DNA of 64,000 nt from Desulfomonilia bacterium. GTDB lineage: Bacteria; Desulfobacterota; Desulfomonilia; UBA1062. The stretch is taken from positions 32,001-96,000 of the forward strand of contig CAXXDQ010000002.1 of assembly GCA_963664325.2 (NCBI GenBank). Reading direction: 5' to 3'. The position numbers and the translations under genes were made by a program. Of the stretch, positions 9,544-19,113 are shown in pieces (positions within the stretch are counted from its first letter, which is position 1; each line of letters starts with the position of its first letter). A model generated the notes under the pieces. It did no database searches. It saw nothing but the letters and a program-made list of their open reading frames with translations, and was not told where the DNA came from.

Positions 9544-9993
9544 GTGGAAGTAAAAAGCATCAAAGTAGCCAATATTAAAAAAACCTATGAAAAGTTAAAG
9601 GCTCAAATTGAAAACCGAAAGAATGTCGATGCAGATAAGGAAATTATTAATATCTCCATAAATGCAGCGGACCGTGTCTTCGGGGAGCTGATGGAAAATT
9701 CAATTAAAAAGTCTCTCGGCATTAAGCCTGCCGGAAATAAGGCAGGTGTTGCCAGAAATGATAGAAAATCCTTTCGTCATTATGTGGACAGAGCAGGCCT
9801 GATCTCAAAGACCGCCCGGCACGGAGGAGCTCTCGAAATGAACAACATCATGAACAGGATTGATGAAATGCCGGATATACGTGTAAATGTAGCGGATGAT
9901 ATACTAATTAAAATAAACGAAGGTACTTACGAGACAGACTATTTGATTATTGCAGAAAAGCTATTAAGTCATGATATAGTGATGCGTATTTAG
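9544..9993 (+). CDS. FlgM-like anti-sigma28 protein with an N-terminal extension
   Basis: C-terminus IDEMPDIR...IKINEGTYETDYLIIAEKLL matches the FlgM pattern PDxR...I..G.Y.....IAEKLL. RBS AAGGAG, GTG start. Confidence 0.6.
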   Translation: MEVKSIKVANIKKTYEKLKAQIENRKNVDADKEIINISINAADRVFGELMENSIKKSLGIKPAGNKAGVARNDRKSFRHYVDRAGLISKTARHGGALEMNNIMNRIDEMPDIRVNVADDILIKINEGTYETDYLIIAEKLLSHDIVMRI

Positions 9994-11180
9994 CTTTGGT
10001 AGATCAGCTTAATTTCTTCAACGAGCTCAGTATCAGACCTGTTTAACTTGACCACAAAAATATTCTTTTTAACAGAACCGTCCTCCATCAGGCCGATTGT
10101 GCCTGTAAGGTACATTTCATTGTCAATTTTTGAAAGCTGGGAGATCATATCAGCCTTGGTTTCCTGAGCATGGACCGCTGCATCAACTAACAGGAAAAGG
10201 GCATCTGCTGAAATAAGCACCCCTGTTTCAGGTGCTATTTTTTCACTTGATAAAATTTCCAGCAAACGCTTGCAACGTTCATTTTTTGTGGGCTGGAAGG
10301 AAAAATCGCTTATCAGGTAAATTCCAGCGATTCCTCTTAACGAGTCAAGGATTTCTTCATTCTGTGGAGATTGTATAAAAAGCACGGGGGCTTTGATGTT
10401 GTTTTTTCTGAGAATCTTTGCAATCTCGGATGTTTTCTTATTGGCATTGGGAATAAGAATAAGGGATGGATCCTTTTCCCTCAAATGTGAAATCCTGCTT
10501 GCAGTTTCCTTTTCATTCGTGCCGTAAATATCGACGATTTTACCGCCGGATTTGGTGAATTCTTTTAAGAACAGGGTTACTGATTTGATGCTGCCGGCAT
10601 CTTCTGAATCGAAGATGACTGCTATCCGGTTTGCCTTCATTGTTGATATGATGAAATGCAATGAGGCCTGGACCAGCTCATTTGAAGAAGGCAGCAGCCT
10701 CCAGATGCCATCGCAGGTTTTTGGAACAGTATCAGGGCTGTTGATAATTATTATTGGTACCTGAATCTGCTCTCGGGTTTGATTTTTTTTATTTACTCCG
10801 GGACAGTACAAACGGCCCAGCTCCATGGCTTCTTTTCCATATGCAATTAAAATTATTCCTGCCACATCCTCCTTTGCCATGGTGCTTATTGCCTCGATGG
10901 TCGTCTTATAATCTCCCCCCGAGTCTCTTGCTATTATCGTTATATTTCTGCCGGAAACTGCAGGTGCCGTTTTAATGGCGGCTTTAACAGCAGCAAGATT
11001 TTTTCTGGCGATTGATTCATAAGGCCCGGCGGCAGGTAGAATGATGCCTATTCTTAAAGGCTGCATTCCGGAGATCGATCTGATCCCTTCAGATTGACCA
11101 TCTTTGAGACAGCCCTGAACAGCAATCAGGATAAGTATTGATAATGCCGGAAAAATCAAAATGGATTCAATCTTTTTCAT
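9990..11180 (-). CDS. Type 1 periplasmic binding fold lipoprotein (LivJ/LppC-like)
   Basis: Lipobox-like VQGC, LRIGIILPAAGPY, RDSGG, C-terminal LTGTIG. No ABC partners adjacent. Confidence 0.65.
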   Translation of the reverse strand: MKKIESILIFPALSILILIAVQGCLKDGQSEGIRSISGMQPLRIGIILPAAGPYESIARKNLAAVKAAIKTAPAVSGRNITIIARDSGGDYKTTIEAISTMAKEDVAGIILIAYGKEAMELGRLYCPGVNKKNQTREQIQVPIIIINSPDTVPKTCDGIWRLLPSSNELVQASLHFIISTMKANRIAVIFDSEDAGSIKSVTLFLKEFTKSGGKIVDIYGTNEKETASRISHLREKDPSLILIPNANKKTSEIAKILRKNNIKAPVLFIQSPQNEEILDSLRGIAGIYLISDFSFQPTKNERCKRLLEILSSEKIAPETGVLISADALFLLVDAAVHAQETKADMISQLSKIDNEMYLTGTIGLMEDGSVKKNIFVVKLNRSDTELVEEIKLIYQS

Positions 11181-11293
11181 TTGCAGTTCTTCTTATTCAA
11201 AATGCCTGATTTTTCCAAGTGTTAAATTATTTATCAGGATGTCAAACCATCTTTATTATGTTATTGGATGAGAAAAATATTGAGGTGCTTGAG

Positions 11294-12037
11294 TTGCCGT
11301 ACATAGAAATCTCGGGAAACAGATTTGAAGCCGATCTCATAATATTTGATAAAGACGGTACACTCGTTGATTTTAGAGGGACCTGGCTCAACCTTTTCAG
11401 GGAACTGACAAAGCACTTGTTAACCAAAACGGGCCTGAGTGAAAACCTGTCAGACAGGATACAGGATGCACTCGGCATGGACTTTGAGAAATGGGAAATC
11501 GACGGCAACGGCCCGCTGGCTATGGGGACTTCGTTTGAAGTTGAAAATCTTCTCGCGGGATGCGTTTACAGGGAAGGCATCAGATGGGACACTTCAGTAG
11601 AAACCGTAAAAGAAACGATCAAGGAAGTTTTCACTGGCCCGATCAGGGAAAGGAACTTGAAACCTTCAAAAGGCGCGATAGAAATATTGAGGCTAGTCAA
11701 GCAAAGGGGATTTTTGACGGCAGTGGCTACTAATGATAATACACTCGATGCAACAAATGACATGAATGCCATTGGCGCGCTTCCTTACCTTGACCTTGTC
11801 GTAGGGGCGGACAGCGTAAGAAACACCAAGCCTGCACCCGACATGATCTTCCACATATGCGATCTGCTCGGAAAGAAACCGGAAAATTCGGTCATGATCG
11901 GTGACACCATGATGGACGTGATTATGGGTGCCAACGCCGGGGTTAAACTCAATATAGGCATTGCCGAGATAGTTCCGGCAGAGGATCTGGCAACAAAAAC
12001 CGATATTGTCATCAGGGGCATGGACGAAATCGGTTAG
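11294..12037 (+). CDS. HAD-superfamily hydrolase (phosphoglycolate phosphatase-like)
   Basis: FDKDGTL, ATND, KPAPD, MIGDT..D motifs. The start is uncertain; TTG at 11294 after GAGGTG was chosen. Confidence 0.85.
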   Translation: MPYIEISGNRFEADLIIFDKDGTLVDFRGTWLNLFRELTKHLLTKTGLSENLSDRIQDALGMDFEKWEIDGNGPLAMGTSFEVENLLAGCVYREGIRWDTSVETVKETIKEVFTGPIRERNLKPSKGAIEILRLVKQRGFLTAVATNDNTLDATNDMNAIGALPYLDLVVGADSVRNTKPAPDMIFHICDLLGKKPENSVMIGDTMMDVIMGANAGVKLNIGIAEIVPAEDLATKTDIVIRGMDEIG

Positions 12038-12184
12038 GACACGATAAAAACTCCTTTTTGCTTTCAATATTACAAAAGATCGGCAAGGATATAACGATTA
12101 AAGGGTACAGTTTCAGAATCCTGAAGACTCGTGAAACAGCAAGCAATTATAGCGGATGAATACGAACCGGAAAAAGGAGACAAT

Positions 12185-13675
12185 ATGTCTGACTATGATG
12201 CCATAGTAATTGGTGCGGGAAATGGCGGTCTTACTGCTGCAGTCGGTCTTGCAAGAAAAGGACATAAGGTGCTTCTCCTTGAAAGGCACAATGTCCCTGG
12301 AGGTTGTGCTACAAGCTTTATCAGGGGAAGATTCGAATTCGAAGTAGCCCTCCACCAGTTGAGCGGACTGGGACTTCCTGAATTCCCGGGGCCGTTAAGG
12401 GGTGTTTTAAGCGATTTGGGGGTGCTTGATAAAATCGAGTTCGTCCAGCAGAAAAACCTTTACCGCATAGTGGTTCCTTCCCGGATGGATATAACCCTGA
12501 AGGCTGATAGATCGGCAATTGAAGAAACACTGGCAGAAAGGTTTCCTTCAGAAAAGAATGGCATCAGGAAATTCTTTGACCTTGTTTATGCGTTCTCGAT
12601 GGAAATGGTCGGGGTCCTTTTCATGCATGACCAGAAAGCATGCCCAGAAAAGTACCCGTTGTTCTTCAGCCTGGCGCTCAAGGAAACACAGCCCATACTG
12701 GATCAGTATCTCAAGGATCCGCTTCTGCAGGCCGCTGTTGCCATATACTGGGGATATGCGGGGCTTCCTCCCAGCAGGCTGAGTTTTATGGATTTTGCCA
12801 TTATGCTGTGGGCATATATCGAGTTCAAACCCTGGCATATGAAAGGCGGGTCGCAGGCGATGTCAAATGCATTATGTGATACCTTCCTCGAGTATGGCGG
12901 TCATGCGCGTTTCAATTGTGCCGCAAAGAAGATCATTCTGGAAAACGGCAGAATAAAATCTGTTATTACGGAAGATGGAGATGAGATACCAACCCGGGTC
13001 GTAGTGTCAAATGCAGGACCCATACCCACGCTTATTGATATGGTGGGAGCCGATAACTGTCCCGCAGCTGAAGTAAAAATGCTTAATTCAAGGACAGTCG
13101 GACTTTCTGCATTTACTCTGTACCTCGGTTTTGACTGCAATCCGTCTGAGCTCGGTATTGAGAAGGCGACTAATTTCATCTGTTCGTCGACTGATCCGGA
13201 GAAGGCATATCTGAGCATGAAAACGCTTAATCCTGCCGATTATACGCTCCTGACGTGCTATGACGTAGATGATCCCGATTTTTCCCCCGAAGGCGCCTGC
13301 CAGGCGTCTCTGGTAACACTTCAGTATGCCGAGCCATGGATGAGCGTATCACCTTCCCGTTATTATGATATGAAGTACCGTTATGCAGAACATATGCTGA
13401 AACTTGCGGAAAAGGTGTTTCCTGATATGAGGAAGCATATTGAAGAGGCTGAACCTGCAACACCGCTTACCCATATGCGTTATCTGGGCCATCCGGGCGG
13501 GTCAATCTACGGTTCGGATCACTTTACAAGGGAGAACAGCATGTTCGTTAATTCCAAGTCGGAAATCGAGGGGCTTTATTATACGGGTGCATGGAACGGC
13601 GCTGGCGGATTCCAGCCGACACTTCAGTCCGGGGCATCAATTGCAAGGGCTGCTTCAAGGATGCTTAGTGTTTAG
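12185..13675 (+). CDS. COG1233 phytoene desaturase/RetSat-family FAD oxidoreductase
   Basis: IVIGAGNGGL...LLERHNVPGGCATSF.RG.F.F, KGGSQ, ATPLT..RY....GSIYG, GLYYTG. RBS AGGAG. Confidence 0.85.
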   Translation: MSDYDAIVIGAGNGGLTAAVGLARKGHKVLLLERHNVPGGCATSFIRGRFEFEVALHQLSGLGLPEFPGPLRGVLSDLGVLDKIEFVQQKNLYRIVVPSRMDITLKADRSAIEETLAERFPSEKNGIRKFFDLVYAFSMEMVGVLFMHDQKACPEKYPLFFSLALKETQPILDQYLKDPLLQAAVAIYWGYAGLPPSRLSFMDFAIMLWAYIEFKPWHMKGGSQAMSNALCDTFLEYGGHARFNCAAKKIILENGRIKSVITEDGDEIPTRVVVSNAGPIPTLIDMVGADNCPAAEVKMLNSRTVGLSAFTLYLGFDCNPSELGIEKATNFICSSTDPEKAYLSMKTLNPADYTLLTCYDVDDPDFSPEGACQASLVTLQYAEPWMSVSPSRYYDMKYRYAEHMLKLAEKVFPDMRKHIEEAEPATPLTHMRYLGHPGGSIYGSDHFTRENSMFVNSKSEIEGLYYTGAWNGAGGFQPTLQSGASIARAASRMLSV

Positions 13676-13689
13676 CCAGGGAGGCGGTT

Positions 13690-14847
13690 ATGGGCATTAA
13701 AGATATATTCAAAAAAATTGAAAATTACGATGAAATGCTGAAGGATACGGCAGTCCTCGAAAAGTATGGATTTGATTACCAGGCAAGAAAAGGAGAAGTG
13801 GGGAGGATTATTGACGAACTTCACCCTAAAAGGCTCAACCTCATCGTTTCGGAAATCAGGCAGGAAACTCCAAGCACAAGATCATTCAGGCTTACTTCCG
13901 CTGATGGGTATCTGCCTCCGTTTCAGGCCGGACAGTATATCAACCTGTTTGCAGATATAGGAGGGGTGAGAACAAGCAGACCCTACAGCATTGCCTCTGC
14001 ACCAACTCAATCGGGTTATTACGAAATTGCTGTCAGGCGCATTGATGACGGCTTTGTATCAAATTATTTGCTGGATGAGTTGAAGGCCGGTGCTTTGATT
14101 GAATCCTCATCTCCGGCGGGAAGCTTCCACTATAATCCTTTATATCAAGGCGACAACCTTGCTTTTATTGCAGGAGGCAGCGGGATTACCCCTTTCATGA
14201 GCATGATCAGGGAACTGGGGGACAGGAATGAGACCCGAAGAATACACCTGTTCTATGGAAGCAGGGTCGAAGAGGATGTCATATATCTTGAAGAGCTGAA
14301 AAAGATTGCTTCAGCCCACAAGAATTTTTCATATGATATTATTATCTCGGAACCGGCAGCCGGTTATACTGGGAAAAAGGGTTTTATCAGTGCTGATGTG
14401 ATTAAAGATAAAATATCATCAGAAGATTGGATGTTCTTTATCTGCGGTCCTGAGGCGATGTATAATTTCTGCCTGCCTGAAGTCGGCAGACTTTCATTGC
14501 CTTCAAGAAAAATCAAGGTCGAGATTATGGGAGCTCCAAAGGATATAACACTGCAGCCCGGTTGGCCTGAAAATGTAAAGGCAAAGGATGTTTTCAGGGT
14601 TTCTATCAGGGGTGGAAAAACCATAAACGCCAGGGCCTCGGAACCGCTGATGGTATCTCTGGAAAGGTCGGGCATCACGATTCCCGCTTTATGCAGATCA
14701 GGAGAATGCAGCCTTTGCAGGACAAAGATATTGTCCGGCAAAGTGTTTCAGCCAAGCGGGGTTAAGCTCAGAAAGTCAGACAGGCGGTTCGGCTACATCC
14801 ATCCATGTGCGGCCTATCCGCTTGAGGATATCGAGATAATGCTTTAA
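13690..14847 (+). CDS. FAD/NAD-binding reductase with C-terminal [2Fe-2S] ferredoxin (PaaE/Hcr-type architecture)
   Basis: FQAGQY, RPYSIAS, AGGSGITPFMSM, CGPEAM, then CRSGECSLC...C. Confidence 0.88.
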   Translation: MGIKDIFKKIENYDEMLKDTAVLEKYGFDYQARKGEVGRIIDELHPKRLNLIVSEIRQETPSTRSFRLTSADGYLPPFQAGQYINLFADIGGVRTSRPYSIASAPTQSGYYEIAVRRIDDGFVSNYLLDELKAGALIESSSPAGSFHYNPLYQGDNLAFIAGGSGITPFMSMIRELGDRNETRRIHLFYGSRVEEDVIYLEELKKIASAHKNFSYDIIISEPAAGYTGKKGFISADVIKDKISSEDWMFFICGPEAMYNFCLPEVGRLSLPSRKIKVEIMGAPKDITLQPGWPENVKAKDVFRVSIRGGKTINARASEPLMVSLERSGITIPALCRSGECSLCRTKILSGKVFQPSGVKLRKSDRRFGYIHPCAAYPLEDIEIML

Positions 14848-14943
14848 TTTTCATGAAATTATGGAGATGCTTTACGAAATTCTTTACTGTAGCCGGGAAA
14901 TTGCATATATTATGATGATAACTTGATTGAGCGGGAGGATATT

Positions 14944-15135
14944 ATGTCTAATTTAACATCAAAAGATGTCGAAATGGCAAAAAAATGTGTGTCCTGTGTG
15001 GTTTGCAAAAGGGCCAGAAAAAATCAGTCCGGTTTTTCTTTCTGGTTTGTCAAAAATATTGAAGACAGTCTTTGCCCTTACTGTAAGGCCTATGAAAGGG
15101 TATACGGCAAAAAGGCGCATGAACCTATTAATTAA
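14944..15135 (+). CDS. Small Cys-rich hypothetical protein (63 aa)
   Basis: RBS GGAGG and ATG at 14944; CVSCVVC and CPYC motifs; same strand as, and between, the reductase and AOR genes. Confidence 0.65.
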   Translation: MSNLTSKDVEMAKKCVSCVVCKRARKNQSGFSFWFVKNIEDSLCPYCKAYERVYGKKAHEPIN

Positions 15136-15174
15136 GCTGGTGCAAGGTTTTACAAATAAAAGGAGGGGGTAAAT

Positions 15175-17124
15175 ATGGGTAAAGGTTATATGGGAAAAGT
15201 TTTATTTGTTGACCTGACAAAGGGCGGGTTCAACGAAGAAATTATTCCGGATGAAGTTTACGAAAAATATCTGTCCGGGACAGGCCTGGCTGCTTACCTT
15301 CTTTATAACAGAATTCCTGCCGGCGCCGATCCGCTTGGCCCCAAAAATATCTTCGGGCTTATGTCGGGTCTCCTTACGGGAACAGGAAGCCTCTTTTCAG
15401 GCAGGTGGATGGCTGTAGGCAAATCCCCTCTTACCGGCGGCTGGGGTGACGCCAATTGCGGCGGCCAGTTTTCACCGGCTATCAAAAGAGCGGGATATGA
15501 CGGAATATTCTTTACTGGCGCGAGCAAAAAACCGGTTTATCTGTTCATAGGCGATGGCAAAATGGAACTCAGGGATGCGTCCAGTCTCTGGGGAAAGGAT
15601 GCTGTCGAAACAGAAGAGATGCTGATCGAAGAACATGGCCATGATGCAAAAGTCGCCTGTATCGGAACTTCCGGTGAAAATCTCTCACTGATTTCCGGTA
15701 TATGCAACGACAAGGGCAGGATTGCCGCTCGTTCAGGGCTTGGAGCGGTAATGGGTTCAAAAAAATTAAAGGCAGTCGTCCTTTCAGGTTGCAAACGCAT
15801 ACCAGTGGCAAATCGTGACGAGATGAAAAAGCTCAGCAGGGTTTGCAATAAATGGATTCAGATGCAGCCGCCGTTCGTGCCCGGTTCCATGACCGGTTTT
15901 ATCGGTGCATTCATGCGCATACTTCCGACCCAGATGGCCCAGGATGGTATGCTTTATAAGGTCATGCTCAGAAAATGGGGAACCGTGAGCATGAATCAGG
16001 TTTCCGCCGAAATGGGCGATTCTCCCATAAAGAATTGGTCAGGCAGTGAAAAAGACTTCGGCATGTCCAAGTCCAAACATGTCAATCCCGATGTATTCAC
16101 TGACTGCGAAACAGTAAAATATCACTGCTATTCATGCCCTCTCGGCTGCGGCGGGATTTGCAAAATGACAGGCAAATTCACCGAAACACACAAACCGGAA
16201 TATGAGAGCGTGCTTGCCCTTGGCGGTCTTTGCATGAACGAGGATGCAGACAGCATATTCTACATGAACGAGCTTCTTAACCGAGCCGGTATGGATACCA
16301 TATCAGCCGGCGGTACCATCGCCTTTGCGATTGAATGCTATGAGCGGGGCATTCTTACGAAAGAAGACACTGACGGACTCGAGCTTAATTGGGGTAATAC
16401 CAATGCAATTGTCGCACTCATATACAAGATGATCAAACGTGAAGGCATCGGCGATCTTCTGGCTGACGGGTCAAAGGTGGCTTCCGAAAAGATCGGCAAA
16501 GGATCTGAGCGTTATGCAATTCATGCGGGAGGCCAGGAGCTTGCAATGCATGATGGAAGAGCCGACCCCGGTTTCGGCCTGCATTACAGTGTGGACCCTA
16601 CACCCGGCAGACACACTATCGGCGCATGGCTTTATTATGAGATGTTCCAGCTTTGGAAAAAGGTTAAAAGCCTGCCTGCTGTCAAACCACTTTACCACAA
16701 AAATGCCAAATATAAGGCCGATGAGGAAAAGATGGTATGGTCAAGCGCCTGCAGTAAATTCATGAATGTGCTCAACGGTGCAGGCATGTGCATGTTCGGT
16801 GCATTTGTCGGAATAAAGAGAACTCCTACCTTTGACTGGCTGAATGCTGCAACCGGCTGGAACAAGGATCCTGAAGAGTATATGGCTATGGGCGAGCGTA
16901 TTCAGACCCTTAAACAGCAGTTTAACGTAAAACAGGGAATTGAGCCTAAGTCATTTAAGGCAAACGACCGTTCACTTGGCATTCCGCCTCTGCTCGAAGG
17001 CGGGAACAAAGGCAGGACGGTTGAGATCGACAAGCTGATGGAAGGTTACTGGACGGCATTCGGATGGGATGCCGAGACGGGAAAACCCAAGGCTGAAACC
17101 CTGGCAAGGCTGGGAATAGAATAA
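15175..17124 (+). CDS. aor: Aldehyde:ferredoxin oxidoreductase (tungsten AOR family)
   Basis: GYMGKVLFVDL, KSPLTGG, KRAGYDG, GLGAVMGSKKLKA, CYSCPLGC, PEYE, GMDTIS, GMC, GWD.ETGKP. Confidence 0.92.
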   Translation: MGKGYMGKVLFVDLTKGGFNEEIIPDEVYEKYLSGTGLAAYLLYNRIPAGADPLGPKNIFGLMSGLLTGTGSLFSGRWMAVGKSPLTGGWGDANCGGQFSPAIKRAGYDGIFFTGASKKPVYLFIGDGKMELRDASSLWGKDAVETEEMLIEEHGHDAKVACIGTSGENLSLISGICNDKGRIAARSGLGAVMGSKKLKAVVLSGCKRIPVANRDEMKKLSRVCNKWIQMQPPFVPGSMTGFIGAFMRILPTQMAQDGMLYKVMLRKWGTVSMNQVSAEMGDSPIKNWSGSEKDFGMSKSKHVNPDVFTDCETVKYHCYSCPLGCGGICKMTGKFTETHKPEYESVLALGGLCMNEDADSIFYMNELLNRAGMDTISAGGTIAFAIECYERGILTKEDTDGLELNWGNTNAIVALIYKMIKREGIGDLLADGSKVASEKIGKGSERYAIHAGGQELAMHDGRADPGFGLHYSVDPTPGRHTIGAWLYYEMFQLWKKVKSLPAVKPLYHKNAKYKADEEKMVWSSACSKFMNVLNGAGMCMFGAFVGIKRTPTFDWLNAATGWNKDPEEYMAMGERIQTLKQQFNVKQGIEPKSFKANDRSLGIPPLLEGGNKGRTVEIDKLMEGYWTAFGWDAETGKPKAETLARLGIE

Positions 17125-17139
17125 GGGGAGGATAGCAGG

Positions 17140-17568
17140 ATGTCATATACCATAATTGAAGTTTGCAATGGCTGTGGTGCATGCAAAAAGATATGCCCGG
17201 CTAATGCCATAAGCGGGACCGCGAAGAAGCTTCATGTAATAGATGATGCACTCTGCATTGAGTGCGGAGCCTGCGGGAAAGTCTGCCCCAAAGAGGCTGT
17301 CAAGGACAATTTCGGCAGGATATGCACCCTTGTCAAGAAATCCGAATGGGAAAAACCGGTATTCGATAACAAGAAATGCAATTCATGCGTGATATGTGTA
17401 GATGCATGTCCGACCGGGTGCCTTGCCATGTCAGGAGCGATGGGGCTTGATAAGCATGCAAAGCCATATATCAAGGACGATAAGGCTTGCATCGGGTGCG
17501 GCTTCTGTTCAGTCGAATGCCCGGTCGATGCAATAACGATGGTAAAGCCTGCTCCGAAGGCTGCTTAG
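17140..17568 (+). CDS. Polyferredoxin with four [4Fe-4S] motifs
   Basis: Four CxxCxxCxxxCP motifs. Confidence 0.9.
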   Translation: MSYTIIEVCNGCGACKKICPANAISGTAKKLHVIDDALCIECGACGKVCPKEAVKDNFGRICTLVKKSEWEKPVFDNKKCNSCVICVDACPTGCLAMSGAMGLDKHAKPYIKDDKACIGCGFCSVECPVDAITMVKPAPKAA

Positions 17569-17577
17569 TAAAATGCC

Positions 17578-17609
17578 GCGGTACACATCCGGGATGTGGT
17601 GTGTACCGC
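17578..17609 (+). terminator. Stem-loop after the aor-polyferredoxin unit
   Basis: GCGGTACACA (17578-17587) / TGTGTACCGC (17600-17609) perfect 10-bp inverted repeat, but no U-tract. Confidence 0.4.
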
Positions 17610-17664
17610 TGATTATCATGTTAATATCCTTTCAACAAATCTGAATTATTCGATTATCAAGCAA

Positions 17665-18726
17665 ATGCGTACTGGAATAATGACAACGCCGCTTCATGGT
17701 GGAAAGGCCCCGGTCTGGCTTTTTAAAAGGATGCAGGCCCTTGCCGGAGAGATAGTAAAGGCAATCGTGATAGATTATGGGACAGATGAACTGTTGAAAA
17801 GGCTGTCAGAGCCCTTATGGTTTCAGGCGCTTGGCTGCGTACTTGGATTTGACTGGCATTCAAGCGGGGTGACGACAACCGTCTGCGGTGCAATCAAAGA
17901 GGGCATAGCCGGTTTTGAGCATGAAATAGGCTTTTTCGCCTGCGGGGGCAAAGGGGCGAGATCGCGGCAGACGCCGGCCGATATTGAAGCAAGGTGCGAA
18001 AAACTCGGTGTCGAACCCACCGGACTTGTCCGTGCCAGCAGGCTCTCGGCCAAGGTTGACAACAATGCCCTGCAGGACGGACATCAGCTTTACCATCACA
18101 ACCTCTTTTTTGACTCCTCACTGAAATGGACGGTTGTCCAGCAGGGCATGAATGAAGAGATGCGGATTGCCCGCAGATACCACTGGTATTCGCCGTTCCT
18201 GAGGGATTTTGTCGAGGAGCCTCATACTGGGATAACCGCACAATCATCCCTGCAATCGGTCTATGACCTCACTGCAAAGTCGAGCCGTGATGCCAGGGAT
18301 GCATCGGTTGAAATACTTTTGCAGGGTCCTAATTTTGTCATTGGCGAACTGAAGAGGGCAAAGGAATACAGCCTGCCTTTCAGGCATGAAGTTATGCTTC
18401 GCGACATAAATCCGGATAATATACGCAGGGTCCTCATTGAAACTTATGAACAGAATCCGGCGGATTTTACCTCTCTCATAGGGGCCAAAGGTGCAGGTCC
18501 GAAAACAATAAGGGCCTTATCCCTGCTGGCAGAGATCATCCACGGCACAAAAGTCAGCCGTACCGATCCTGCTGTTTTTTCATTCGCGCATGGAGGGAAG
18601 GACGGTACACCTTACCCGGTTGACAGGAAGAACTATGACCATTCGATAGAAGTTCTGAAAACAGCTCTAGAAAAGGCGAGGATTGGCGACAAGGAAAAGC
18701 TTGATGCTATGAAAAGGCTTGCCTGA
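17665..18726 (+). CDS. DUF763 domain protein
   Basis: PLHGGKAP.WLF.RM, GFDWHSSGVTT, AKVDN.ALQDG, QQGMN, ARRYHW, FSFAHGGKDG.P.PV. Confidence 0.9.
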   Translation: MRTGIMTTPLHGGKAPVWLFKRMQALAGEIVKAIVIDYGTDELLKRLSEPLWFQALGCVLGFDWHSSGVTTTVCGAIKEGIAGFEHEIGFFACGGKGARSRQTPADIEARCEKLGVEPTGLVRASRLSAKVDNNALQDGHQLYHHNLFFDSSLKWTVVQQGMNEEMRIARRYHWYSPFLRDFVEEPHTGITAQSSLQSVYDLTAKSSRDARDASVEILLQGPNFVIGELKRAKEYSLPFRHEVMLRDINPDNIRRVLIETYEQNPADFTSLIGAKGAGPKTIRALSLLAEIIHGTKVSRTDPAVFSFAHGGKDGTPYPVDRKNYDHSIEVLKTALEKARIGDKEKLDAMKRLA

Positions 18727-18739
18727 AGATTTTGATCCT

Positions 18740-19108
18740 TCAGATAAAATGTTCGGTTTTGGCTGTCACCGTCTTTTTTACAGTAGTAAGCGTATCCGTC
18801 AACACCGGGATAACATGTTCCCTGATATCGCCGGCGACGGCAATAAGCAGCAGGTCATCTCCCACTTCCAGTTCACCCTCGTTTACATGGACCAGGATTT
18901 CGAATATCCCGGGACGTGATTTCTGATCGGCAATTATATCCTCGAGCTTATTCCTGTCTGCCGAGACGGTTACACCGCTAACTTTTCTGCCGTCGCGGGA
19001 GGTTCCTCTTACAATTCCGTTGTGGCATAGTATCATGCCCACTGAATCCGATCCGGGCATGGCTTTTATTTTCCTTACCATATCATCAAGGATTGTCTGT
19101 TTTCCCAT
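18740..19108 (-). CDS. moaE: Molybdopterin synthase catalytic subunit MoaE-like
   Basis: GMILCHNGIVRGTSRDG, GELEVGDDLL..AVAGDIRE, K.E near the C-terminus. Confidence 0.75.
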   Translation of the reverse strand: MGKQTILDDMVRKIKAMPGSDSVGMILCHNGIVRGTSRDGRKVSGVTVSADRNKLEDIIADQKSRPGIFEILVHVNEGELEVGDDLLLIAVAGDIREHVIPVLTDTLTTVKKTVTAKTEHFI

Positions 19109-19113
19109 ATAGC

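Noticed and set aside
14889-14905. Possible sigma54 promoter TAGCCGGGAAATTGCA upstream of the miniprotein and aor
   Set aside because: Lacks the invariant GG at -24.
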